From the IMG/VR virus record IMGVR_UViG_3300025358_000002, positions 32,001 through 96,000 of that record: a stretch of 64,000 nt of DNA. One strand, written 5' to 3'. Under the pieces are notes generated by a model. That model had not been told where the DNA came from and ran no database searches. It was given only the letters and a program-made list of their open reading frames with translations. Every line of letters begins with the position of its first letter. The stretch's first letter is position 1. This document shows, piece by piece, positions 55,683 to 64,000 of the stretch. This DNA comes from a virus (taxonomy: Duplodnaviria > Caudoviricetes). The position numbers were made by a program, and so were the translations under genes.

Positions 55683-56237
55683 ATGAGTATTAGTAAGGGA
55701 ATTAACCGTGGTCTCGAGGGTCTGACAGAACCAGAGCTCGGTGTCAGCCATGACGATAAGTTCGGTGAGCTGCATGAGTTCGCCGTACGAGCATTCACTT
55801 GGAAGACCAAGCCAGAGGATCTAGCTATGCTAGATACCATTGAACAGGTAGTGGATAGCTTCATGAGGGAATATATTGACCCCGCAGAAGTAATTATAGC
55901 ACGCTTCAATACAGATAAGAGTATAGGAGCTGACGAAGCGGATAGACTATTCCTCAACCTCCAGAGTGCTATCACGGCAATTGAAGAAGAAGTTACACGC
56001 AGATACTTGAAAGCTCAGTATTCTTACTATATGCTAGACGACAAGTACTGGAATGCCTGGCGCAAACCTACTGGCGGGACGCAGAAAGACCTTGAAGCTG
56101 TCGCCAAGATGGAGACTCGTGAGGACAGACAGTTCTACTTTGTCCAATACGCCGCCTGGAGAATGATCAATGACAAGGTGCAGAGTCTTAAGGCTACGCA
56201 AAGATACATTCAACAGCAAATATATCGAAGAACCTAG
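55683..56237 (+). CDS. Coiled-coil hypothetical protein (possibly a UvsY-like recombination mediator)
   Basis: Long helices with a T.KD.EA.A motif; recombination context. Confidence 0.4.
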   Translation: MSISKGINRGLEGLTEPELGVSHDDKFGELHEFAVRAFTWKTKPEDLAMLDTIEQVVDSFMREYIDPAEVIIARFNTDKSIGADEADRLFLNLQSAITAIEEEVTRRYLKAQYSYYMLDDKYWNAWRKPTGGTQKDLEAVAKMETREDRQFYFVQYAAWRMINDKVQSLKATQRYIQQQIYRRT

Positions 56238-56240
56238 ACA

Positions 56241-56612
56241 ATGACAGATCAACCATCTCCCAAGCGGAAGAGCCGAAAGCAAGAAGTAATCCAGGGTAAA
56301 ATTACCTGGCAAATACTTGAGCGACTTTTAAACCACTACTGGGAATGGTATGAGATCTATTTAACTACTGGCAACTCCGATCTGAAGCTCAACAACGGCG
56401 TTACTGTAAACATTTACGATATCCTGAAAGGAATAGATCGTCTGCCTCCTCGTCAGAAGCAGGCGGTCGTTTTGTCATGTCTAGAGAACCGCAAAGAAGT
56501 GGAAGTAGCGAAGATAATGGGCTTCACGAAGTGGAGCAGCCAAGTGGGGATGTACAAGCGCAAGGCCCTGAAGACCCTGTGCGAGACGGTCTGGAAGCAA
56601 GAGAACGACTGA
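56241..56612 (+). CDS. Sigma-70 region 4-like HTH protein
   Basis: IDRLPPRQKQAVVLSCLENRKEVEVAKIMG...V..YKRKALKTL. Confidence 0.75.
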   Translation: MTDQPSPKRKSRKQEVIQGKITWQILERLLNHYWEWYEIYLTTGNSDLKLNNGVTVNIYDILKGIDRLPPRQKQAVVLSCLENRKEVEVAKIMGFTKWSSQVGMYKRKALKTLCETVWKQEND

Positions 56613-56959
56613 GCCCACAGCAAACGTTTGATTTGCTGCTAGAAGAATACAAAGAAAAGCTGCCCAAGAACTGGGATGAGCTCAACTACAGCCAGCAACT
56701 CGAGTGGTTCGCCCACCGTATGCTGCTGGATCAGCGCGAAGCTATCCGTATCGAGCATGGCAATGAAGCCGCTAGGGACACTGGTTTCCTTAGTGACTAC
56801 CAGCTTGAACGTAGACGCCGCAGAGAGGTACATTCTAAGCTAGATAGCTGGGATGAAGTGCCACCCCGACAAGGTATCTTCAGTAGAACCTATGTCGATA
56901 AGAACACCCTGTTAACAGGAAGGAATACAGAAGATGGACCGCCGAACCCGGGAGTATAA
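56477..56959 (+). CDS. Hypothetical protein (true start probably near 56590-56610)
   Basis: Fills the gap between neighbours; the 5' part overlaps the sigma-like gene. Confidence 0.45.
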   Translation: MSREPQRSGSSEDNGLHEVEQPSGDVQAQGPEDPVRDGLEARERLSPQQTFDLLLEEYKEKLPKNWDELNYSQQLEWFAHRMLLDQREAIRIEHGNEAARDTGFLSDYQLERRRRREVHSKLDSWDEVPPRQGIFSRTYVDKNTLLTGRNTEDGPPNPGV

Positions 56960-57653
56960 CGAGCTCGTCAAGCTCACGCCAACTACAGAGGAGCTGCTGT
57001 CAGAAGAAATTGACGGTGAAATGTACCTCTACAAGTCATCGCCAAACTGCAAGATCTGCACCACCAGCGATGACCTTAAGAACATCATTGATTCACTCTT
57101 GCTGTTCCCTAAGTCTTACAAGGAAGTCCTCCAAGCCATTGAGCCTATCCAGGATAAGCTGGGTATTGAGGGTAAAGAGCGTATCAACTACGAAAACATT
57201 CGCAACCACCAGAAACGCCACCTGCCGTTTGAAAAGCGAATGGTTCGTGAGATAATTGAGAAGCGTGCTCGGGAAAAGAACCGCAGCATTCTTGACGCCG
57301 GTGAACGCTTGCTTACCGCCGAAGCTTTCTACGAAATCATTGTGGCCAAGGGGTTTGAGGGAATTGCTCTTGGATATGATAAGCCTACGTTGACTCAGAC
57401 CATGCACGCCATGGATATGCTAAGCAAGCTGGAGAAAGAAGGCAAGGACGATTACCGCCCAGAGGACCTGCTCAACCAGCTTGACCTTATCCTTACTGCT
57501 ATCCGTGAGGTGGTTCCACCAGCCATGCGTGAGGAAATATTCAACAAGATCGAAGAATACCAGGGCAATAGCATAAAGAAACCAAAGAAAAACAAGCCAG
57601 CAATGATCGAGGCCGATGGAGACTACATCGATGAAGATCTTGAAGACCTATAA
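56934..57653 (+). CDS. Hypothetical protein with CxxC...H..H, possibly a terminase small subunit/HTH
   Basis: CKIC...IDSLL...NIRNHQKRHL; helical C-terminus. Confidence 0.45.
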   Translation: MDRRTREYNELVKLTPTTEELLSEEIDGEMYLYKSSPNCKICTTSDDLKNIIDSLLLFPKSYKEVLQAIEPIQDKLGIEGKERINYENIRNHQKRHLPFEKRMVREIIEKRAREKNRSILDAGERLLTAEAFYEIIVAKGFEGIALGYDKPTLTQTMHAMDMLSKLEKEGKDDYRPEDLLNQLDLILTAIREVVPPAMREEIFNKIEEYQGNSIKKPKKNKPAMIEADGDYIDEDLEDL

Positions 57654-57719
57654 AAATTGCAGGCTTTTATGTAAAACATGCAGTAAAACGCTGCAGTTAT
57701 TGTAAACACAGGGGTATAT

Positions 57720-58217
57720 ATGGGCTGGAATCCTTACAAAATTTGGTATAGAAAAGAGAAGGAAGAGGTTCTACAACGCCCTATCAACATCATTGCGTAT
57801 CCTCCACCCGTTTACTACAACCGCGATGTCAGCCACCCCGACCCAGATATCCGTGAAAACGGCATGGTTATTATCAGTGACGGTCCAAGCATGATTGAAA
57901 GAATGTTCGGTCGAGGCAGACAGCAAAGCGGTGGTGGTGTATCATCTGAGAGTTCAAGAGTAGAACACCTTTCTCCCACCGTTCTCGGTACTGAATCGTT
58001 TAGAAATTGGTACGATCCATTTAGATGGATGAAAGCAAAAACAACACAGGGACTTATCTGTTCTAGATGCAAAGAGCCTCTTGAAGCAAAACAGTCTCTT
58101 GAAATTTCAGACCCAACCACGCAAAGTGGAATAAGCTTTGTTCACAACAACGAATCTTACGGTGGTTGTAAGCCGGTTGAGCGATCAGTCTACAGAGCTC
58201 CAATTAGAGGACGATGA
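57720..58217 (+). CDS. Hypothetical protein
   Basis: 165 aa; CSRC...H...C. Confidence 0.6.
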   Translation: MGWNPYKIWYRKEKEEVLQRPINIIAYPPPVYYNRDVSHPDPDIRENGMVIISDGPSMIERMFGRGRQQSGGGVSSESSRVEHLSPTVLGTESFRNWYDPFRWMKAKTTQGLICSRCKEPLEAKQSLEISDPTTQSGISFVHNNESYGGCKPVERSVYRAPIRGR

Positions 58218-59110
58218 TGGCGAAATCACCTGTTTTTGCTAAGCTAGCACAAGAATACGATGACAAGATGAGCAACGTAGAGCGTACGTTGATCGCTCTG
58301 CACGACGTCGCCGCCGATGCCACAAAGCCTGAAGATAAGAAGCTCGCTGATACAAAACTTACTGCCGCACTGCAGTCGAAGCGTCTTGATCTTTTCCGTA
58401 ATTTGCGTAAGAACTGGCAAAGCATTGAACGTCTCGGCACCGGAGCATTCCCTATCATCAGAGCTCAGGAAAGTCCTGACGGACAGTACACGTTCTATGG
58501 CAAAACTCCAGGTGATATGCCAGCATTCACCAGTGAGTTTAATAAGCATCTTCCTACCATTGCTGCCATTGCTCAGGCACCAACTGTTAGAACTTTGGCA
58601 AACGGCAAAAGAGTTCATTCATGCTTAAGCACCACCCAAGAATTGCCTAGCTTGACTTTGTTCCTCAGGGAAAAGAGAAACCAGGATGATCTCAGAGGGC
58701 TTGTACTTCCTAGATTATCAGCGGGTCAAATTGTTCCGTGCACCAACCCATTGTGCCAAGACTGCTGGGACTGTGAACCCATACAGCAAGAACTTAGAAC
58801 CAGCATGTCACTCATGAGCCCAACAAGCCCAGACGAAACGAGACAAGGCGGCATCAAGGGTATCATCACTACACTTGCTCACTTTGCTGCAGCACAACGC
58901 AACAGAGGTATGACAAAAGAGACTCAGGACATGGCTCAATACGGCCAACGTTGTGTCGACAATCACGATGGATTAAACACTGCTACTGAAGTAATTGCAC
59001 ACAGACTACGCAACGCATACCAAGATGATTTTATGATTAGCGGCGGTGCAAGCGGTGGTAGGCACAGGGATTATATAATCGGCAACGGCAATAATACGGC
59101 GGCATATTAA
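58214..59110 (+). CDS. Hypothetical protein (possible internal virion protein)
   Basis: 298 aa; Cys cluster CTNPLCQDCWDC. Confidence 0.65.
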   Translation: MMAKSPVFAKLAQEYDDKMSNVERTLIALHDVAADATKPEDKKLADTKLTAALQSKRLDLFRNLRKNWQSIERLGTGAFPIIRAQESPDGQYTFYGKTPGDMPAFTSEFNKHLPTIAAIAQAPTVRTLANGKRVHSCLSTTQELPSLTLFLREKRNQDDLRGLVLPRLSAGQIVPCTNPLCQDCWDCEPIQQELRTSMSLMSPTSPDETRQGGIKGIITTLAHFAAAQRNRGMTKETQDMAQYGQRCVDNHDGLNTATEVIAHRLRNAYQDDFMISGGASGGRHRDYIIGNGNNTAAY

Positions 59111-62100
59111 TGAAAATTAGTGAACTGTTTAGAACAAGAGAAGCAGCAACCTTCGCTGCTGAACCAGCAGAAAACCCGTCTCTCCCAGGGCACGAGGACT
59201 GTAACTGCGCCGACCTGTTCTTTGACAAAGACAAGTCCGCTGAAATAAAGTCTGCTGTTAGCAGTGGTAGCATGAGCCGCACATCTTTTCACCGCAGAGT
59301 AATGAACAGAATTTTTGAACTCATGCACGGACCAGAAGAAGGTCGTGCTGATGCTGCAAATAAACTAGGACAAATGAAGCGCAAGATTCCCGTTGAAGGT
59401 AACCCTGGCCAGGAGTGGGAGCGTCACTGGCTTATGCACTTCCTAAGTTCTGGGTTTAATCACAGAGATCTTGGTTTTAGAGACTATGAAATTGGTGAAG
59501 ACTACAGGAGGGGTCAGTCAGTTGCTTCTAGACTGGTTAGAACCGTTGCAGAATCCTCGCCAAGATACAACAGAGAGAATTGTGGAACGTGCAACCAATA
59601 CCTCACTGAGCTTCAGAACAGTGCTCGTGAATTAAATGACGAGATGCAAAGAAACAACGAGAAGCTGCCAAAAGACATGGGTCGTACCATGGCGGAATCG
59701 AAATCACGTCTTACGTTTAAGCGTATCTGGGACTCTTGGACTGGTAAGCAGCCTGTAAAGGACAATGATCACCCTATTGTCAAGCGTGGCAACAAGATGC
59801 TGAAGCGTTGGAATACTCACACGGTTAGAGACCACGGTGTTGAGCTAGACTTTGACAGCCACCTTAAGCACACTCCAATTTCTATCGATCCATTGGGTAA
59901 GAGACTGGAAGCAAGATACCGTGATTTCGAGGACCTTGCGCCTGGGTGGAGCATTTCTACTCGAGCAGATATCCCAGTACAAGAACTTAGCCGGGATACG
60001 ACTAACATGCTTGAAGGAGCATTCCCATTCCGCGAAATCTACGATCGCTACCTCTCTCCATTGGATACCAACGTCAACGAAGAACAAGCCAATGACATGC
60101 TAGAGACCATGAAGATGCGTGGCGAAGCAGAGCAATATACGTTAGAGCCAATGAAAAAGAAGTTCAGAATCATTCAACCGCCGCGCTCTAACTTAAACAG
60201 AAGAGAGCGTCAAAAATTCGAGGGTAGAACAGATGGAGAACTGGCTCAGTGTCCTGTTAGAGTGCGGAGAGACTTCCAAATAAACAGGCTAAACTACCAC
60301 CATCTCATTGAAGTACCGGATCACCTTAAAAACTTTTACCCCAATGGCATGTGCACAGAATGTATGAAGCAAGGGTGTGATGGTTGGCATGGACTCCCAC
60401 GCCACACTGAAACTATACTCGACATGCGTCCTCACGAAGTTAGAAGGGCGGAGGGTCAAGAAGTAGGTGAAGATGATCCTGAGTGGGATAATCTGAGCGA
60501 AAAGGAAAAGTTCGAATTACAGCAAACAACAGATGCTCACGATGATTATCTCTCTCCGTTGCCAAAGGCTGATCTTAGAGGTGAAAATGGCGTATGCGAA
60601 AACTGCGAACGTCCTGGATGCGATGGTAAAGAATGCCACAATATTCCTTCAGTATATGTAAGGGATGTTCAGCCAAACCCTGTCACCATTACCGAGACGC
60701 CGCGTGTCACCGTATACGACCGCGGTGGCAATCAATTCTATGAGCGTAAAACAGTCGGCAATGAACTAACCTATGAACCCGATACAACAAACTGGATGGC
60801 TCGTCCCATTGAGTACAATACTGATCGTCCAGAAATCCAACCCACTTACACCAACCACAAGTCAGCTGATGGAAATTGCACAAAGTGTGACAAGCCAGGT
60901 TGCAGCGGGTGGCACCAGGATGAAGGCTTCGCTGACCTCCAGCGTATCCCAAGACAGGATGCATTCCTCTTCCAGCGTGCTCGCATGCGTCCTAACCTAG
61001 AAGCTTTTGATGATTACCACCGTAGTCTTGAACGTTATAACAAACAGCCAAAGAGTAGAAGACTACCTGATGTTGTTACGCAAGAACCACGCACTGAGCT
61101 GGTTCCGTTGAAGTCTAGAGTAACAGAATTCTCATACCCAACCGTAGAAAAAATTGGTCCTCAATATTTGAACCCGGCACGTGTGTTAACGCGCGACGTG
61201 ACAAGAGTAATTCCCGAAGGCGCAAGAGCTATACCGGGCGAGGAACGCGATGTCACGTATAGCTATGAGCGAGTGCCATCCATTGACAAAGATACTGGCA
61301 AGCAGATCATTGATACAGTTACACGTCCAGTATATGAAGATATTCCAGAGCATGAGCTCACACACCAAAAACCATCTGATTCCCAGCTAACTGCTGCTAT
61401 CAGAGACTACACCAATTCACACAGCCGAGCACTTCGAGCAGCCTATCCAGGTATGTCAAGAAGTGAAGCATTGGATGCACTTGCTGCCGACCACGCTAAA
61501 GAAATGAAGCGTTATGAAAGCCAGCGTGAGCGATTCCGTACATCATCAAAGAAAGAAGACATTATGTCAAAATTTAATTCACGTTATGAAAAGGAAGCGA
61601 ACATCGGTCCTGATTTGATTCACAGTCTCTACGATCTGGGTAAGGCTGTTGTTGGTCCGGTTGTTGATCAGGTCAGATCGGTGGGTGATGTTATCCACGA
61701 TATTGCAACGCAAGACAACGGCATTATCGGTGAGAACCTTCGCAACCACACGGTAACCTACTCTCCTCAACAGCTAGCAGCTGATGCAGCACAACGTGCG
61801 CGTGAACACACGGACTTTGCCGGTGCAGTACGAGGATTAGGCGAAGAAGGTTTAGCTGGTATCTTGCTTAATAAAGAAAGAATCAAGGACTTTGCTCGTC
61901 ACAACTTTGGCATCGGTGGTAAGCACACGCGTCCACGTGGACAAGAACAAGAGCATCCAATCGATCATGAAGATCCAGAGATGGCTCTCAGATACCTTGA
62001 AAAGTGGGACAGAGAGAAGAACACCAGAGGTGCTAGCTTCTCAGAGCGTTTCGCTGCGGAAAAGAAGAAGCCTCCATGCGAAAAGTGTGGAAAGCACTGC

Positions 62101-62178
62101 TCAGATAAGGTAGAATGCAAGTCTAACCAGGATGATCGTCGACGCCAGCAAGCAGCTGACAACGCGTTCAACGACTAA
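59110..62178 (+). CDS. Large hypothetical protein with repeated CxxCxxxGCxGxH motifs
   Basis: 1022 aa; CTECMKQGCDGWH, CENCERPGCDGKECH, CTKCDKPGCSGWH. Confidence 0.75.
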   Translation: MKISELFRTREAATFAAEPAENPSLPGHEDCNCADLFFDKDKSAEIKSAVSSGSMSRTSFHRRVMNRIFELMHGPEEGRADAANKLGQMKRKIPVEGNPGQEWERHWLMHFLSSGFNHRDLGFRDYEIGEDYRRGQSVASRLVRTVAESSPRYNRENCGTCNQYLTELQNSARELNDEMQRNNEKLPKDMGRTMAESKSRLTFKRIWDSWTGKQPVKDNDHPIVKRGNKMLKRWNTHTVRDHGVELDFDSHLKHTPISIDPLGKRLEARYRDFEDLAPGWSISTRADIPVQELSRDTTNMLEGAFPFREIYDRYLSPLDTNVNEEQANDMLETMKMRGEAEQYTLEPMKKKFRIIQPPRSNLNRRERQKFEGRTDGELAQCPVRVRRDFQINRLNYHHLIEVPDHLKNFYPNGMCTECMKQGCDGWHGLPRHTETILDMRPHEVRRAEGQEVGEDDPEWDNLSEKEKFELQQTTDAHDDYLSPLPKADLRGENGVCENCERPGCDGKECHNIPSVYVRDVQPNPVTITETPRVTVYDRGGNQFYERKTVGNELTYEPDTTNWMARPIEYNTDRPEIQPTYTNHKSADGNCTKCDKPGCSGWHQDEGFADLQRIPRQDAFLFQRARMRPNLEAFDDYHRSLERYNKQPKSRRLPDVVTQEPRTELVPLKSRVTEFSYPTVEKIGPQYLNPARVLTRDVTRVIPEGARAIPGEERDVTYSYERVPSIDKDTGKQIIDTVTRPVYEDIPEHELTHQKPSDSQLTAAIRDYTNSHSRALRAAYPGMSRSEALDALAADHAKEMKRYESQRERFRTSSKKEDIMSKFNSRYEKEANIGPDLIHSLYDLGKAVVGPVVDQVRSVGDVIHDIATQDNGIIGENLRNHTVTYSPQQLAADAAQRAREHTDFAGAVRGLGEEGLAGILLNKERIKDFARHNFGIGGKHTRPRGQEQEHPIDHEDPEMALRYLEKWDREKNTRGASFSERFAAEKKKPPCEKCGKHCSDKVECKSNQDDRRRQQAADNAFND

Positions 62179-62190
62179 GAAAGATAAGCA

Positions 62191-62691
62191 ATGACAACAG
62201 ACATCAACGAAATTGGTGGTATCCGTCCAGAGGATGTGAAGGTTACGCCCGAACAACAAGCACAGATCAACGCATATCTTGCAGAGCAGAAGCGTGAAGA
62301 AGAAGAGCTTGGCAAGGAACAGCCTATCGAGCTTATGGAATCAGAGCTCATGGACGTATGGCACCTTCTCCAGGAACTCCAGTACAAGTATGGTAACCGT
62401 CCCGGTACCTTTGCTAACCTAACGTCTCTTCGCAATGAGGCTGACGAGAAGTTCCATGCTCTTGGTTTTCAAGTTGTTGTTGACTGGGTTATGCCGGGTT
62501 TGATGCAGCTTAACGGTCAGGCATCACCTGAGCCTCCCACCATCACTATCGTTGGTCGTGTCGATGGATCAGAGTACAACCCTGAACAGAACCGTTACGA
62601 GACGGGTGCCGGTGTGGCCGACGCATACTATGATGCTAAGCGTCAGTCATTGGGCATGAGCAACAAAAAGCTTATCCTACCAGGTCAGTAG
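62191..62691 (+). CDS. Hypothetical protein
   Basis: 166 aa; ends KKLILPGQ. Confidence 0.65.
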   Translation: MTTDINEIGGIRPEDVKVTPEQQAQINAYLAEQKREEEELGKEQPIELMESELMDVWHLLQELQYKYGNRPGTFANLTSLRNEADEKFHALGFQVVVDWVMPGLMQLNGQASPEPPTITIVGRVDGSEYNPEQNRYETGAGVADAYYDAKRQSLGMSNKKLILPGQ

Positions 62692-62699
62692 GTTTAAAT

Positions 62700-64000
62700 A
62701 TGAGTTGGCTTGCTAGGTTTCGTGATAGAGCAATAAAAATTGCTCGTAATGACGATGACCACGTCGATGATGAAGATCGTCCGTGGCCAAAGGTTGATGA
62801 TCAAGAGCCTAATTTTTTGTCGATGCTCGACGCCAACCGAAACAACCAGCAAGTAACACTTGAATATCCTAATGAACTTCTAACACCAAGGACTAACCCG
62901 GAGCGTGAGCCTGGTCTAGATACACACACTATTATCCCCGTAACCGTTGGTGCTAGGGATGGTCGTGGTGATTGGATGCACTCCAGTGTAAACGCATATT
63001 GTTTAACGCACGGTGAATGGCATGGCATGGCCTCGCCAAAACATATGCAGAACATAAGAGACATTGGCCCAAGTCCTTTGCCTGCTCTGCCAGAAGACCC
63101 AAGAATTGCTGAGCATAGAAAAGTTCTGGAGCAACAAGAGCGGGACTTGCGCGACCTCTTGCCACAAGTACAGCAGACAAGCTGGACTCCACCTGCTGAT
63201 GATGAAGGTGCTAAATGGCACCCGCACATTCAACGTGCTATCGACAACGAGCAAGAGTTTGACATGCTTTACACAAAAGCAAAAGAGAGTCAAGCTAGAC
63301 GTTACGTCGTTATTCCGACGCAGCTCGGCCCGTCACCCAATGGTAAATCGGTTTACATGCGAGGGTATGATCCTACTGGTGGGATGTTTAAAACATTCTT
63401 GACTGGTCGCATCAACCAGATTAACCCTAAGTTCCGTCCACGCTCAATAGAAATTGGTCAAGATCTTGAACCACTAACGTATCCTGACACACAGAAAGCT
63501 CCATCATCTGGGTTCGTTTCAGAAAATCCATCTGAACTTTCTTTCTATAATATAAATGAAGACCGAGGCCCAGTACAGCCTACTGACGAAGAGTACGATG
63601 AGCTGCGTAGACTTGACATCGATCCAGATACTCACGACAAGGCTACCATTAGGCGTTTGCGTAATAAGGGTATCACTCACCTACAAATCAAGAGTGCTGC
63701 TGAAGAGCATGGCCTGCCTTACGAAGACTACGAAAGTGCTTTGGTTGACACAGGGTACAACCACGAAATGGCAGTAGAAGAAGCGAAGAAGTATAGACAG
63801 CACGACACCCACATTATTGCTAAGAACAAAGAGATTAGAAGCAAATATCCTAATTTAAATGCTGACAATCGTTTGTCTGACCAAGACTACAAAGATACTC
63901 TTGAAGTGCTGTTCAAGCACCACCTTACTCTAAAGAACCTTGCAAGCAGCGAACTCGAGTCACCGTATGAGGATACTCCTGGGCGTGAACGTGCACATGA
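62700..64000 (+). CDS. Partial ORF with WYL-like domain(s); runs off the window and is absent from the ORF track
   Basis: Manual translation is open from ATG 62700 to the end; IQRAIDNEQEFDMLY...RRYVVIPTQL...VYMRGYD....FKTFLTGRINQI. Confidence 0.7.
   Translation, partial: MSWLARFRDRAIKIARNDDDHVDDEDRPWPKVDDQEPNFLSMLDANRNNQQVTLEYPNELLTPRTNPEREPGLDTHTIIPVTVGARDGRGDWMHSSVNAYCLTHGEWHGMASPKHMQNIRDIGPSPLPALPEDPRIAEHRKVLEQQERDLRDLLPQVQQTSWTPPADDEGAKWHPHIQRAIDNEQEFDMLYTKAKESQARRYVVIPTQLGPSPNGKSVYMRGYDPTGGMFKTFLTGRINQINPKFRPRSIEIGQDLEPLTYPDTQKAPSSGFVSENPSELSFYNINEDRGPVQPTDEEYDELRRLDIDPDTHDKATIRRLRNKGITHLQIKSAAEEHGLPYEDYESALVDTGYNHEMAVEEAKKYRQHDTHIIAKNKEIRSKYPNLNADNRLSDQDYKDTLEVLFKHHLTLKNLASSELESPYEDTPGRERAH

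Overview
The whole window is part of a large tailed-phage genome with a contractile tail, and all real genes lie on the + strand. The host is probably an actinobacterium, judging by WhiB, a DUF2516-like protein, an MSMEG_6728-like glycosylase and a leaderless-type promoter. Layout: 1-27.7 kb is virion morphogenesis (fibres, NlpC/P60 hydrolase, neck, sheath, tube, frameshifted chaperones, tape measure, baseplate). 27.8-30.1 kb holds an SNF2 helicase and WhiB. 30.1-34.8 kb is a glycosylation cassette (three GT2, one GT4, a methyltransferase, an NDP-sugar epimerase). 35-36 kb has three tRNAs (Thr, Arg, Val). 36-57.7 kb is replication, recombination and regulation (flap exonuclease, DnaC-like loader, DnaB, primase, SSB, DnaE, RecA, Cas4-like nuclease, resolvases, sigma-region-4 protein). 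57.7-64 kb is large orphan proteins. Top observations: (1) Ser-Gly dipeptides are strongly enriched in outward-facing virion proteins next to the glycosylation cassette, a candidate sequon-directed virion O-glycosylation system. (2) A free-standing endonuclease gene is flanked by a synonymously recoded duplicate of the upstream gene's 3' end. (3) There is an Hfq/Sm-like protein and a hairpin RNA displaying an anti-Shine-Dalgarno loop. (4) A small pseudoknot ending in ACCA abuts tRNA-Thr. (5) A LuxC-like protein lacks its catalytic Cys. (6) A WYL-like ORF is missing from the ORF track. All family assignments are by eye from motifs; no database search was run.
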